Shown here in pieces: positions 10,391 to 23,160 of a DNA stretch of 64,000 bases. The position numbers and the translations under genes were made by a program. The notes under the pieces are model-generated. The model saw only the letters and a program-made list of their open reading frames with translations, did no database searches and had not been told where the DNA came from. Every line of letters begins with the position of its first letter. Position 1 is the first letter of the stretch. Source of the stretch: Lama guanicoe (Eukaryota); assembly GCA_013239625.1 (NCBI GenBank), contig MU056733.1:1612001-1676000 (forward strand), read 5' to 3'.

Positions 10391-13300
10391 TGAATAATGA
10401 GATTATAGGGAGTTTTCTTCCTTAATCATTTATATTTCTGTGTAACTTCTAGACTTTTCTAAAACAATCACCTATTACTAGAGAATAAGACAGAAACAGA
10501 GTAAGAAACAGGAACTGTGGGGTTTGACAGGGACCTGCCGCCGAATGCAGAGAGGAGGCCCAGCTCCAGCAAGGCAGGCCGGGCCCACAGCCTCCAGCAC
10601 ATACCTGCTGCCTGAGACTTGTGGCAAAGAAAACATCTCACCCCAGGCCTGTTGCCAAGGAGCAGACAGACTAGGGCGGAGCTGTGGGTGGGCCGCTGCA
10701 GCCCTGGGCAAAGGGCGGCAGGGGTGCTCCAGTGCCCCAGCAGCTTCTTCTCAGGCCCCTGCCTGCCCCCAGCACCCACGCTGGGGAGACAAGCTGCTGC
10801 TCAGGGCACCCCTCCCCGGGAGTCCCACTATGCCCCTTCTACCTCCCTCTGCAAGTGACACTCACTCAGGGGTCATTACAGGAGTACGTCCTCCCCTGGC
10901 CTAAGGCAGGGCTGCAGGTACATGGAGAGGGAGGAGCAGGGGGACGTTATTGCAGCAAAACAGGGTGACAACGGAAGACCAGTGACAATGGACACTGACT
11001 TTTCTCATTCAGAACAATGCAGAGAAAATCAGAAGGCACCACGGGGCGGCGGCCAGTGATGTCCTACTGTCTCGCCCCCTTTGGACACCATTTCATCTTT
11101 GGCCAACTGGACGGCAGAGGGGCCTGGGCTTTGTCCTTGCCCTGCCTGGTGCACCCACCCCTCCCGGAGCCCACTGCTCATCCCACACCGTCTTCCCCAG
11201 GAGGCCTGGCAAATCCTGGATTTTGGGCCAAGGGGGCAAGCCCGTCTGTGAATCTCAGTCCCCCCAGCTCCCATGTGTGGAGAGCCCTGCACTTGCTAGG
11301 CCTGAGCTTATTTGTTCAATGACAACTCAGGCATCAGGAGTACAGGCTGCAGAAGAATCCGTGTGGGGCTCCTAATGGACTCCAGCTGGGAGGGAAAGGA
11401 GACGATGAGGCGAGTGGAGGTAAGTGGCAGGAAAGCTGGAGAAGCGGGTAAAGAAGTAGGGGGCCAATGGAGGTGTCTGATAATATGCAGCAACCAGCCA
11501 CCCAGGGGCCTTTCCCACCAAGAACCCAGGAGCGCGGCTCCAAAGGCACCCATGAAGGTTCCAGGCAAGTGCAACCCGGAAAGAGTAACACTGAGCCCTT
11601 CCTCTATACAGAAACAAGACTGCAAAGAGAGACTGTGGCTCTTTCTGGGAGTCCATGTCAGGAGAATGTTAGTTTTCTTCTCTACACTCTCCTATACTAC
11701 CCCTTTACAAAACATGCATGCACTCCTTTTTAATTAGCAAAAAGCCATAAAGATAAATTCAGCTTTTTAGTTTGAGGCCCACTATTTCATTCTGTTGGGA
11801 TCTTTTAAAATCTCAACTCAATTGTTCAATATTTTAATAGCTTACTTTTTCCAACTCGAACCGTTGCAGATTTGAAAGTGCTTTGTTTTTTTTTTTTAAT
11901 AGTTTCAGCCAAACTGCTGATTAAAAAAACAAGTCCCACCCTCTAGACAGAACCAGGCCAGACTCACAGTCACAGAGCACCAAGGGGACATTCCCCTCAG
12001 GGTGGCCACATCCCACCTGACTTTAGATAAAGAAAGACACGCTAATTCATCAACCTAGCAATCTCATCCCAAGAAACAAACCAAGCACATCCAGCAATTC
12101 TTAGGAGAGTCTATGGTCTTGAATGCTGAGAGATCCCAACTTGTTTTCCCAGGTTTCCAAAATGGTCTGTTTCTAAACCACTCCCTGTTTGGTCTGGGAT
12201 TGGTACCTGTAAAGCTGTGACTTCCAGAATTTACCTTTTACGCACTTTGGAAACCTGAGCCAGCACTGCCAGTCTCTGACCTCTTGACATTCCTTTTCTC
12301 TGGGTCCCAAAGCACCACAAAACGGGTCTCCAGATCACTGTGGGTTTTCTGAAGCACTCCAGCATGAGGCGCACAGCCAGGCAGCTAAGAGGGCACTGCT
12401 GTCAGCTCACCCCTCTGGGCTCCGAATATTCTCTAAGCCACTGCATTCCTTTCCTTCTAAAGCCCATGCTCCTAGGGAAGAGGGGCTGTGTAGAGATTAT
12501 TTAATGCAGAGCCACTCCCATTGGATGGAACTCTAACAGGCAATTCTTAAGAGATGTTCACCTCATGCTTTTGCCCTGATCCCTCTCACTCTGCCAGTCC
12601 AACAGAAATAAAAACCACACAAGTACTCACATACAAAGCCACAGGGCTGGCAAACACCTCATCAGAGAATGCAGGGTCCCTAACAGGCAGACACTCACCA
12701 GTAGAAGCCTCAGATGTTACCATTTGCTAAGTTTGAAATCAGAGACCCCTCAACAGGGCTCTCCACAGAGCAGGATGGTATTCATTAATGCTTGCTAACA
12801 ATGACTAATGGGGAAACCAAAAGCTGCCATCTGGTTTCGAGTTCTCATTCTCTAATTTAGCTCTCAACAACTTCATTCGTTCATTTTTTCATTCATTAAG
12901 CCCTTTCTCTATGCCCAAAGGTGACTCGGACTAGGGGTGGGAGAGGAATGAACGAGATCTTTCTGGTTCAGGAAGCAAATAGGGTGCATTACAAGGGGAG
13001 GTTTGCAGGGAAGGTCCCTACAGCCAGGCCCCAGAGCCAGACCCTGTGAGCATAAGCTACTATGACGGATTACTCACAACCTAAGACTACCGGGAAGAAT
13101 ACAGACAAAAGAATTTCCAGTTTGCAACCAGAGTTCTATAAAGAAAGGGCTTAATACACAATTATTAAATCATTCCCACCTATCTGGTACGTGCTGTTAG
13201 GACTCATCAAAGAGGATATATACTCTTCGCACTGTGATGTATAAACCACAAAGCACTGCTCAAACCACTCTGGCTCTTCCAGGAGCTGGTGGGCTCTCTC

Positions 13301-14950
13301 GACGCAGACCAGGAACACCGACACCTAAGGGTGGCGTTCCCAGGAGGGAACTGAAAACAGTGAGCCAGTGTGTGCCTCTACTGCTGGGGACACAGGCAGA
13401 GCGGTTGTACTCTAGATGCAGAGCTCCCTGCAAGACTTGCTTCCATCAGCAGCTTGGAGACTGGCCTGGACAGCACATCTCAGCAGGGGGAGCACTGCAG
13501 GGCTGCCCGGCGGGCAGTATCAGGTACCTCCGACCACAAGGACACGTTCGCTGAGGTCCACACAGGGCTGGGGTGAAATGTTCCTACAGCCCTCTCTGTC
13601 ACTGCCCTTAATCAGGAGGCTTTGAAATTTAGTGGGGTTTCTTTAGTTTTTGTGGTCACTTTTCTGTAAGTTCAGAAGAGAAGTCACAGTGAGTATTTTC
13701 CCTTGGGGTTCTCCTAAGAATTTGGCACTTATGAGAAAGACAGTATTGGGGAAATCTGCACTAGTGTCCACTTACAAACAATTCCTAATTAATCAAACCT
13801 GTGTGATACTGCCGCAGGGGAAGGGGACGGCGGGCAGGGGTGGTGGTACTGGACTCAGAACAGCGCCACTTCTTGGAGCGGCAGTCTCCTTGTCTGCAAA
13901 ATGGGGTGAATCATACTCGCTTTGTGGTACTGTGGGTAAGACAAAAGGAGATGCTGCTGCGGGAAGCCACTTTGTCACCATAGGACAAAACACAACTGAT
14001 AGTATAAAGATCCCTATGACTAAGATAATTAATTCAGTATTCTTGTCACTGAAGATGCCGCTATGGACAGGGTGATTATGACACTGATCCATAAAGCAGT
14101 TATTTCTTGCTTTTTTTCCCTCTTCCACAATCTCTTACCCACCATCACTGGGCCAAAGAACTGGCAAGAAGCTATGAGAGAAGAGCAACCCACACACGTG
14201 CACTCTGTCCCTGGTGCTGGGGACCTGTCTTCTTCACCCACTGGGATGGCCTGCCTTTCCCAGGAGCTGCTCCCAGGAACTCTGTGCCCTGGGGCTGTCA
14301 TCTCCCTGCTCACCTTTCCAGAAACAGCCTTCTTCCTCTTGGAAACAAATTATAATCAATTTTCCATTCTCCTGGGAATGGGGAGGACACTGGTCTAGAA
14401 AATTTCTGAGCTAGAGGGCTTTCAGCCAATATTGTAAGCACATTTTACGGCATTCACGTAGTTTCCTGCCTTGATCTACCACAGCCACTTCAGGCTATGA
14501 CACACGAGGGGAAGCGGGAAGAAGGCATTCTAGGTGCTGCAGTGTCTGAGGCTCCAGCCCTGGTCTCACTGCGCTCTCTCAGCTGCTGGCCAAGACACAG
14601 GCCCTCTTGGGGCCTCAGTCTTCCCACCTGTGAATTGAAGAGTGATTGCTGTTCTAGGTATTATCTAAGGGCCCTTCCAGTCCTAACTCCTCCAATTCTG
14701 GGAAGTCTATTTGCATTTCCTGACTCATGCTGACTTTGAGGAAGCCGCTGGGGCCCTCCAGGTTGAGCTGGGGGCCACAGGGGCCTGAATGGGACTCCTG
14801 TGCTGTTCCCACAGTGACGCTGGGTGGACTGTGTGCGCCGTGAGGGCAGGGCCGCATCGGGCACAGAGGAGGCAGCCAACAGGCAGGTGCTCCCTGGACT
14901 TGGTCCTAGAGCGGTGACTGCCCTGTGCTGAGGGAGCCGAGGTGATGGCG

Positions 14951-15138
14951 NNNNNNNNNNNNNNNNNNNNNNNNNNNNNNNNNNNNNNNNNNNNNNNNNN
15001 NNNNNNNNNNNNNNNNNNNNNNNNNNNNNNNNNNNNNNNNNNNNNNNNNNNNNNNNNNNNNNNNNNNNNNNNNNNNNNNNNNNNNNNNNNNNNNNNNNNN
15101 NNNNNNNNNNNNNNNNNNNNNNNNNNNNNNNNNNNNNN
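14951..15138. other. Assembly gap (188 N); probable location of PDIA5 exon 11
   Basis: N run seen directly. The exon 10 to 12 phase mismatch requires an intervening 3n+2 exon that I could not find in called bases. Confidence 0.8.
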
Positions 15139-16261
15139 AGCAAGCGCCGTGGCCTGAGCAGCCCTCACCCCCTCTGGCTCGGCACCGCTGCTTTGGGGGC
15201 TTACCGGGCAGGAGCAGAGGGGCCAGTGGTCGGCCCTGCCCACCTCCACCATGCCCTCGGAGCCCCAGGAGCGCTCAGCTGACATCCTATCACAAAGAGC
15301 AGCTTTCAGCTGTAGCTCTAAAGGCAGATCAGGAAACCTCGTCTCCTCCCGGGAACCTGTGGGTTTATCAGTGTCTCATGCTCTTTCAAACTTTCAGCCA
15401 ACTGGCAATAGCAGTACACAGCAACAGCAAAGAGTGACCTCTGGAAAAGCTAACTGTTGTGTTGAGTGGTGCCCTGCAGGGCAAGGACTGGGGAGAGGAA
15501 ATAATAGAGGGGAAAAGGTGGTGGGTGAGGAGGGGAGAGAGAGGCCAAGTATCCGAGAAAGACCAAATCTGGCCAGGGAAGGGGTTGGGAGCTAGGAAGG
15601 GGATGCTGCCACTTGCAGGGTGCAAAGCATTCACTGACCAGTGTGGGAGGAAGGTCGTGATGAGGAAGAGTGGGGCCCAGGGGAAAAGGGTGGGGGCACC
15701 CTAACTATGATGGCATCCAGGATACATCACAAACCCTTCCTGGAGACCAGGAACAAAGTTACATAGTTCTTCAGAGGCAGAGTGCCAGAGCAGAAATAGC
15801 CAGGCTTGGAGGTCAGCCCAAACATCCCTGCTCTACCACTGCGAGCTGCAAAACCTCAGGCTGGTGCCTAACCTCCCTGGAACCTGCTTCCCCTGGGACC
15901 ACCGTGTGCTGATACCTATGCACCAGCTGCGGTGACAGGGGAGGCTGGCAGCTGCCCTCTCCTGCTCCAAAGTTGAGCACAAGACTGCTGGTGACACAAA
16001 CTCCCTGACGATTCACCGCCATAAACACTTTTGCCAGAGCACCTTAACTGCTGCTTTGGAAAAACCCTTTAAGATGACAAATGTGAAAAGACAACTATTG
16101 TTTCCTGTCTTTGAGAGCCTACAGTAGGAAAAAGTGTAATGTTCCAGCAGCCAGGGCTGTGAATTCATGAGAGCAATGTGGTCCACACAACAGACTCTGC
16201 CACTCTCTCATGTAGCAACACAGTGGAAGCTGACTCCCCTACCCAGGGCAGAGCCTGGGTC

Positions 16262-16407
16262 TGACGTCACTTTCAGAAGCCCTCTCTGGCCTCAGCCACT
16301 CTGGTCCCGTGCCATGGGGGTGGCAGAAGGAGGGCATACCACTCTCAGCCCGTGCGCATCCCCTGTCAGACGGGGCTGGTGGCAAAATCAAGCTTCAGCA
16401 TGAGTCA
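16262..16407. promoter_or_regulatory. Candidate intronic bZIP motif pair (CRE TGACGTCA and AP-1 TGAGTCA)
   Basis: Perfect CRE at 16262-16269 and AP-1 at 16401-16407; motif match only. Confidence 0.25.
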
Positions 16408-17569
16408 CCAGGTAGACCAACAATAGGAAACCGGGGTTCTGATACTTGGACTCAAAACACCAACCCCCAAAGCACCACCAATTCCACTTTAGGGAATTTA
16501 CCTTTACACCCACACATAGGCAAAATTATGCACACTCCAAGGTATTCACTGTAGATGATTTGTCAAACCGAAGACTAGAAAATCCCAGTGCAGGTAAACC
16601 AGCCCATCCACACCAGGGAGGGCTGAGTGTGGTAAAGAGAGGCAAGGAAGTGCTCTATGCTCAATGTGGAGAGACTGCTGAGGTGTACACAACAGGCCAC
16701 AATGTGCTAACTTTCGCATAAAATAGGGAGAGATAAAAAATACCGATTCACATGCACGTGTATCTGTATAAAGAAACTAATTAGAGTTGTTACCTCTAGG
16801 GTGTAGAGGGGGGAACAGGATGGAGGAGACACGTAAAAGCAAGACCTTCCAATGTATAATTTTTAAGTATCTTTAAAAAACTATTTTAATTATGTGAATG
16901 GAATCTATTCTAAAATTAAAATCATTTTTTAAAACCCAGCAAGAACATACACGCAGACTGGAGAAGCCGTGGCGCAGCAGCAGCACAAGCATATGGAAGC
17001 GTCTGAGAAACTTCCAGTTAAACATGGAGGACGCACTCCAAGAACTAAAATAACAGCACAAGAAAAAGAATTCAAGTATGCGCTCCACAGAAGCAAAAAG
17101 AACAGGAATGAAGACAACAGCGAAGAGAGAAAAGGAGGTCAGTGCAATTTTAGAAGCTAGAAAACCAACTTAGCAAAAAAACATCTGCCTTTCTTAGAGA
17201 ACAGAAACCTGAGGTGCTGTGTGCTGGGAGGGGGGCAGTGCATAGGAACCACCTTAATATGCAAAGGCTCTGAAGGACCAAGAGGACCCCCTTGAAGCAA
17301 GGCTGTGGCCCGGGGCTGAAACAGGAGGCCCTCAGATCTCCTCTCCAGCAGCCAGGCGAGTCCCTTCTCCCACCCGTGGACAACAGGAAGCTTCCTCTCT
17401 GGACAGGACCACAGAGCTGGGCAGAACGGTACGAGGGCAGTGTTACTGAATCATGCTTTTTACCATCTCTCTCCTTCAAGACTAGGGCTCCCTCTCTCAC
17501 CTCTGTACCGCCTGCACCTAATACAGAGCAGATACCCAATGAACGCTTTCTGAATCAATGAGGCAGTGA

Positions 17570-17775
17570 GAGAAGAATGGCTAAAGGAACTGGAGGAGTC
17601 TAACCTGCAGAAGAGGAGACATGGGGACACAACAGTTGTCTTCAAAAGTCTCAGACTGCACCGGGAAGAGAAACTAAGATTTATTTTCTGTGGCCCCAAA
17701 AAGGAGAACCAACACTAAGCAGAAGTTTCAGAGAAAGAAACGTCAGCTCGACAGAAGTAAGAAACTTCTATCTAC
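17570..17775 (+). mobile_element. CR1/L3 relic
   Basis: gaatggctaaaggaactgga...ctgcagaagaggagac...gtcttcaaaagtct...atttattttctgtggcccca, typical of the CR1 3' end. Confidence 0.6.
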
Positions 17776-18775
17776 AGCAGATGAGAGAGAAAGAGCCGAA
17801 CTGGGAGTCAGAAAACCTGGCTGAGTCCTGTTTCCTCCACGTACCAGCTCTAGGGGCTTAGGCAACAGCCTGACTAAAACAGCCACAAGACAACGTATTT
17901 GTAGGTTTTTCTTTATCTGCCTTGCAGGTACATCTAGACAGATGATGGACATGAGATACTTTGTAAATGTATAAAATACTACCCAAATATTCCTAGACAT
18001 CATTCATCATCTGAACCATAAACATCGTTCAAACATGAATGGACAACCTCACAATGAGCTGAGGCCTGTTTAAGTGGGACTGAGTGACCACATCTGTCCT
18101 AGAGGTAAAGCAACATCAGAGGGAACCGCTGGGGGCAGATTCACTGACATTCCCTTCCAACCCTGCAACTCTGACTTCTCGGGCTCTCCAGGCCTGGCAA
18201 GTTCACACAAAGCAGGTCCTTGCCTGAGGCAGGTGCACGCGCTATAAATAAGAAGATGCAACTCAAAGCACTACGAGTCAAGGATGCTTTGTGTTTGTTT
18301 TCAGTCCACCTCTGTTCAAAAACACACAGGCAGAAATGGGTAGCTCGGTCAAAATGGATTGCCACTTTTACACACTCCACCTGCCCTGCCCAACTCAGCA
18401 GCATGAAACCTGCAGAACGGAATGAGAAATGTAGCTGCCAGGAGCGCCAGGAGCACCAGGTGCACAACCACCACAACCATCACATCTACCCCAGAGCCCT
18501 GGGGCACTCCAAGACACCAACGGTGCCCTGCCTGGCCCTCTCCTCAGAATCGTGTGTCAGAGGGCGGGATCTAGGCTCTTCTCTCCCAGGATTCTGAAAG
18601 TCATCCAGAGGAGGCCGGATCCACCCTCATCCTTCCACACTGGGCCACCATGAGCTGTGAGCAGCCAACAGAGAGGTCCAGGGAAGAAATGCAGGGCAGC
18701 AGGAAAGGTGAGATCACTGCTACCCACTCACCAGGATTTGGGGGAAATCTGGTGAAGACTTAAAACACCTGGCAC

Positions 18776-18914
18776 GGGGGGAGGGTATAGCTCAGTGGTG
18801 AAGCTTAGGATGCATGAGGTCCTAGGTTCAACCCCCAGTACCTCCATATATATACATATATATACACATACATACATATATGTATGTGTATATATATAAA
18901 TATATAAATAAAAC
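18776..18914 (+). mobile_element. tRNA-Ala-derived SINE with (TA)n/(TACA)n tail
   Basis: Head with internal deletion; perfect 13-bp TSD aaaacacctggca at 18762-18774 and 18915-18927. Confidence 0.92.
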
Positions 18915-21223
18915 AAAACACCTGGCATCAGGAAAAAAAATACACAGAGCTAGGCATATGTTGAGGGGAATCTAAAAGGAAATTTGCCAAAATAGCACAA
19001 CACATCACCTCTGGGTAGCTGAGGGGAAGGGCGCTTTTCCTTCCGTTTAAGTATTTAAGGTTCTCAATAGTAACATATCTCACTTGAATAGCCTTAAAAT
19101 CAGAGAAGACTTTTGAAAATTCAAGCAGGATGGCAGCACAGTGACACTGTTGGGCCTTGCTGCCCCTGCCCCATGCTCCGCGAGTGGGCTGCAGTCACGC
19201 CTCCGGAAGAGCTGCCCCCACATGTGTGCCCCCCAACACAGTGATGATAGGTGGTTGGGCGGCTTGGGAGGTGCCCTCCCTTCCCCAGAGTTACCTCACC
19301 AACCTTCTCAGCCTGGAGACTGGAGACCCAGGGTGAACCAAAAGCCGCTAACAAGGTCTCCTTCCCATGAGGGGTGAGACCAGGGAGGAAGGCAGTGGTG
19401 GACAGTGGGGAGGTGCCAGCCCAGGACAGGGATGAGGAGGCAGCCTGGGGGGGGGGCAGGACAGAATCTGATGGAGGAGCTGGGCTGGTGGTGCGCAGAG
19501 AGCAGGGTGGGGGACAGAGCAGCAGCTCCAGTAGGGAGATAATAACCTGTCTCAGAAACTCCACTGACGTGCTCCCCTGGTCTAGGGTTAGCAAGCAGTT
19601 CTGAACACTTTCTAAAAAAAATAATAAACCTTATTCTTCCAAGAAGATATGAGTGTATTTTGAAACCAGAAAAGGTTTGCGAAAGGGGAGGGAAGCAGAC
19701 AGACTTTATGCTCGGGTGACAAATGAGACTGTCATTTGTTGAACCTTCTCACAAAGCAGAATGAGATACGTCTGGTGGAGGAGGGGACACGCTTATTACC
19801 AAATGAAAAAGGAAAGCAGGGGTGCGAGGCCCCAGGTAAGACAACTGAGTACAGGATAATGGGGAGTGCCCTTCCCGGGTAACAGACGGAGAGGTAATAG
19901 ATGGAGACAGAGATGTGAAAATGCTTCCAAGAAATAAAAGATGCCATGCAAACGTGGTTCTGCTGTTGTTTTATCTCCTGGGCCCCTGGGAACCGATGGA
20001 ACAGAAGATTGAGAGTTTCAGCCTTTAGAATTAAACAGCTTGTTTCTTGGAGGTTTGGGGGGGGTTGTGGGGGAGAGGGGAGGTACAAAACTTATCCTCC
20101 TTTTCCATTCTGAAAATACACATTTTCAACCTCCATCACGTTGGGTAACTAATTCTTTAACCCTGTGCTGCTGCAGTAACAAAGTAACAATGTCAATAAA
20201 TATCCACATGCTGGCAATGGTGGGAGAGGCAGCGGCTCCAGCCAGAACTTGGGGGAGCTGCTGCCGGGGGGCCAGTCCTGGCCCTGCCACTTGCCAGCTG
20301 TGGGAGCCAGGACAAGCTACTTCATCACTCTGCTCAGCTGCCCACTTCATGAAATAAGGGTAATGATGATATCATCCTTATGGGGCTGTTCTGAGGACTC
20401 CGTAAGAATCCACAGAAAGTGCTTGAAACAGTCAGCCACAAAGTGACTCTGTGCCCAAAATGACAGCAGCTATTATTCCAAGGACTGTGCACAAATAGCC
20501 ACACACCAGCAGTGACTGGCAAGTCCAGACTGGTGACAGGCAGAGCCCAGAGGAGATGAGTGCTCTTGGAGCGGAGAGTTCCAGGAGAGCCTGGGCCATG
20601 GGGAAGGAGTGGGGGAGACAGACTTGCCGTCCAACACAGGGTCGGAGCATCACGTCAAAGTCACACGCCGAGCACAGCAGGGGCTCCAGGTGCAGGGTGA
20701 TTTGGGTTATAAGGATCTAATCACATTAGAAAACAGGATCACAGGTTGCCATGAAGCAGTGTCTACAGGGATGCATGGTGAACGGCAAAGCAAGCTGCAA
20801 ATCTAAGGCATTAGGACACTTCTTAGCTTCACAGCACCTAATACAGTGTTATGTTTGAAATAAGCATTCAACTGACAACTCTATTTTCAGAGAGACCTGC
20901 AGTGGAACCTCTTTCAAACCTGCCATTCTGGGTGAGAAATACTTCTATCCATCAAGCAGACAGTAAGCAGGAAAAAACCTATCTGGAACACAGTCAGCAG
21001 GACAGTCACAGAAACCCTCCCAACTCCCGCATCCTGCACTCACAAACCCCGCCCTCACTTAGACGCACGCAGCCCACCAGCAGCCGTGTGGGCAGCACGA
21101 CAAACCTTTCCGTCCTCATTCTCTTCCCAATTCCCAGCCGGAGCCCTGTGACCAGGGACACCCTGGGGCCCGGTAGACGCCCCTCCCTTTGGGCACCCCA
21201 CCAAAAGACAAACGCTGACTTAC

Positions 21224-21295
21224 TTCTTCAGCCACTCCACAATGTCGTCAGCTGTGGACCCATAGCTGTTGTACTGGAACAGGTACCGTCCTTTC
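21224..21295 (-). CDS. PDIA5: PDIA5 exon 10 (72 nt)
   Basis: tcacag|G AAA GGA...AAG AA|gtaagt; (E)KGRYLFQYNSYGSTADDIVEWLK(N); 94-nt intron separates it from exon 9. Confidence 0.96.
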
Positions 21296-21389
21296 CTGTG
21301 AAATGTGGGGAGACAACATGGGCTCAGCCAGAGAGGCAAAGGCTGCCACGGAGGGGAGTGAGCGTGAGAATGGGAAGCATGTGACTTAC

Positions 21390-21481
21390 TCGAAGTAGCT
21401 GATGGTGGGGTAGCTGCGTATGCCGTACTCCTCCTTGATGTTTTCAAATTCCGAGGAGTGGAGGTTCATCCCAGCCAGCAC
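21390..21481 (-). CDS. PDIA5: PDIA5 exon 9 (92 nt)
   Basis: tcttag|GTG CTG GCT...TTC GA|gtaagt; VLAGMNLHSSEFENIKEEYGIRSYPTISYF(E), includes the thioredoxin cis-Pro loop YPT. Confidence 0.96.
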
Positions 21482-22606
21482 CTAAGAGCAAAGGGGAAAC
21501 AGACCTGTCCACCCTCTACCTGCAGTGCTCTCCCCTTGTCCACACGCTGCCTGTCTGGCTGTCCCACCAGAGACAGATGATCCGGACGAAGCCTTGCAGA
21601 TGGACACACAGCTCAGGGCAGTGGGGGAGCAAGGGAAGTGAAGCCAGCTGGGAATGATACCTGAGCGCTTTGGAAGAGGCAGGCATCTGGGCCCGAGGGC
21701 TTCCCCCATACATGGGAGAATCACCCCAGAGCGAAACAAAAGTTCTGAGGGTTGTGACCAAGTTCAGTCAGGTGCTAGAGTGGGCCACTGCCTCCCAAGG
21801 ACACACTAAGCCTTTTCTCTGCTCATGTCAAGTTAAGGTTGGACTCTTCTCCCCAGCTGTGGAATCAACACTCAGCCACTCCACAGCATCTGTGGACTTC
21901 TCGGACGCCTCAGTCTGTCCACCCAGGCTTCATGCGTGACATTCCCAGACCTCACAGCCTGGATGTGGCCAAGGAGGGTGTGTGGTTCTCACGATGATCC
22001 TCCTGCCTGACTCTCCTCCCTCCAGACCCTGCTAGGCTTCCTGCTAGTGGCCATCCCTTACAGCCTGATTTGACCGTCATCTCTGAAGTCTGGACATGTT
22101 CTGGTTGTAAGAGTCCACGTATCCAGCACCCCTGAATGGGAAAGGAGAACTTTAGTAGCTGTGTTACTGATGACAACGTGAAGTACTAAGAACAACCAAG
22201 AACAGAGTCCCCTAGGGCTCCTTTCCTGAAGTAGGAACTTTTTTCTGTAGGGCAAGATCAGACACTGGAAAGGGGACTCTGAATCTGTTCTCATAAGAGA
22301 ATACACAGTGGCCAGATAGGGGGAGGCTGTTCCTCCAAGCAGGGTGGCAACAGATGAGCGGGGAGAAGAGGTTCAAAAACACCCAGGAGCAGTTACAGAA
22401 GCAGACAGAAGAAACCAGGAAGCTGAACTCTGTTGAACAATATGGATGCATACTTAGAGAAAATGGAGAAGTTTTGATGCACAGTGAACTCAATTCAGAA
22501 GACTGCAGCCGCCTGGGAATCACGTCACACACCCTTCCCTGAGGTTCCTTGTTTGGAAAAGGTGGGTGATGAGATTATTACAGGGCTCTTAAGAGAACTG
22601 ACTGAG

Positions 22607-23160
22607 TTCACAGCAGGATTATTTACAATAGCCAAGACATGGAAGCAACCTAAATGTCCATCGACAGGTGACGGGACAAAGAAGTTGTGGTATATTTATA
22701 CAATGGAGTACTACTCAACTATAAAAAAGAATAAAATAATGCAATGTAGATGGACCTAGAGATTATCATACTAAATGACGTAAGTTAGAGAAAGACAAAT
22801 ACCATATGATATCACTTATATGTGGAATCTAAAAAAAAAATGACACAAATGAACTTTATTTGTAAAACAGAAACAAGACCCACAGACATAGAAAACAAAC
22901 TGCTGGTTACCAAAGCAGAAAGGAGAGGGGAAGGGATAAATTAGGAGTTTGGAATTAGCAGATACTATATACAGAACAGACAAACAGCAAGGTCCTACTG
23001 TATAGCACAGGGGACTATATTCGATAGTTTGTAATAAGCTATAATGTAAAAGAATATGAAAAAGAATATATATATATATTAAAAGAATATTATATATAAC
23101 TGAACCACTATGCTGTACACCAGAAACTAACACATTATAAATCAACTATTAAAAAAAGAG
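22607..23160 (+). mobile_element. 5'-truncated L1 (ORF2 C-terminus + 3'UTR) inserted into a MIR relic
   Basis: FTAGLFTIAKTWKQPKCPS...LWYIYTMEYYS is the L1 ORF2 C-terminus. Degenerate TSD aagagaactgactgag / aaggaactgaatgag. Confidence 0.92.

Noticed and set aside
21220-21447. ORF reading through the 94-nt intron 9, suggesting coding intron retention
   Set aside because: That ORF is out of frame in exon 9. In the true frame retention gives GAG TAA immediately.
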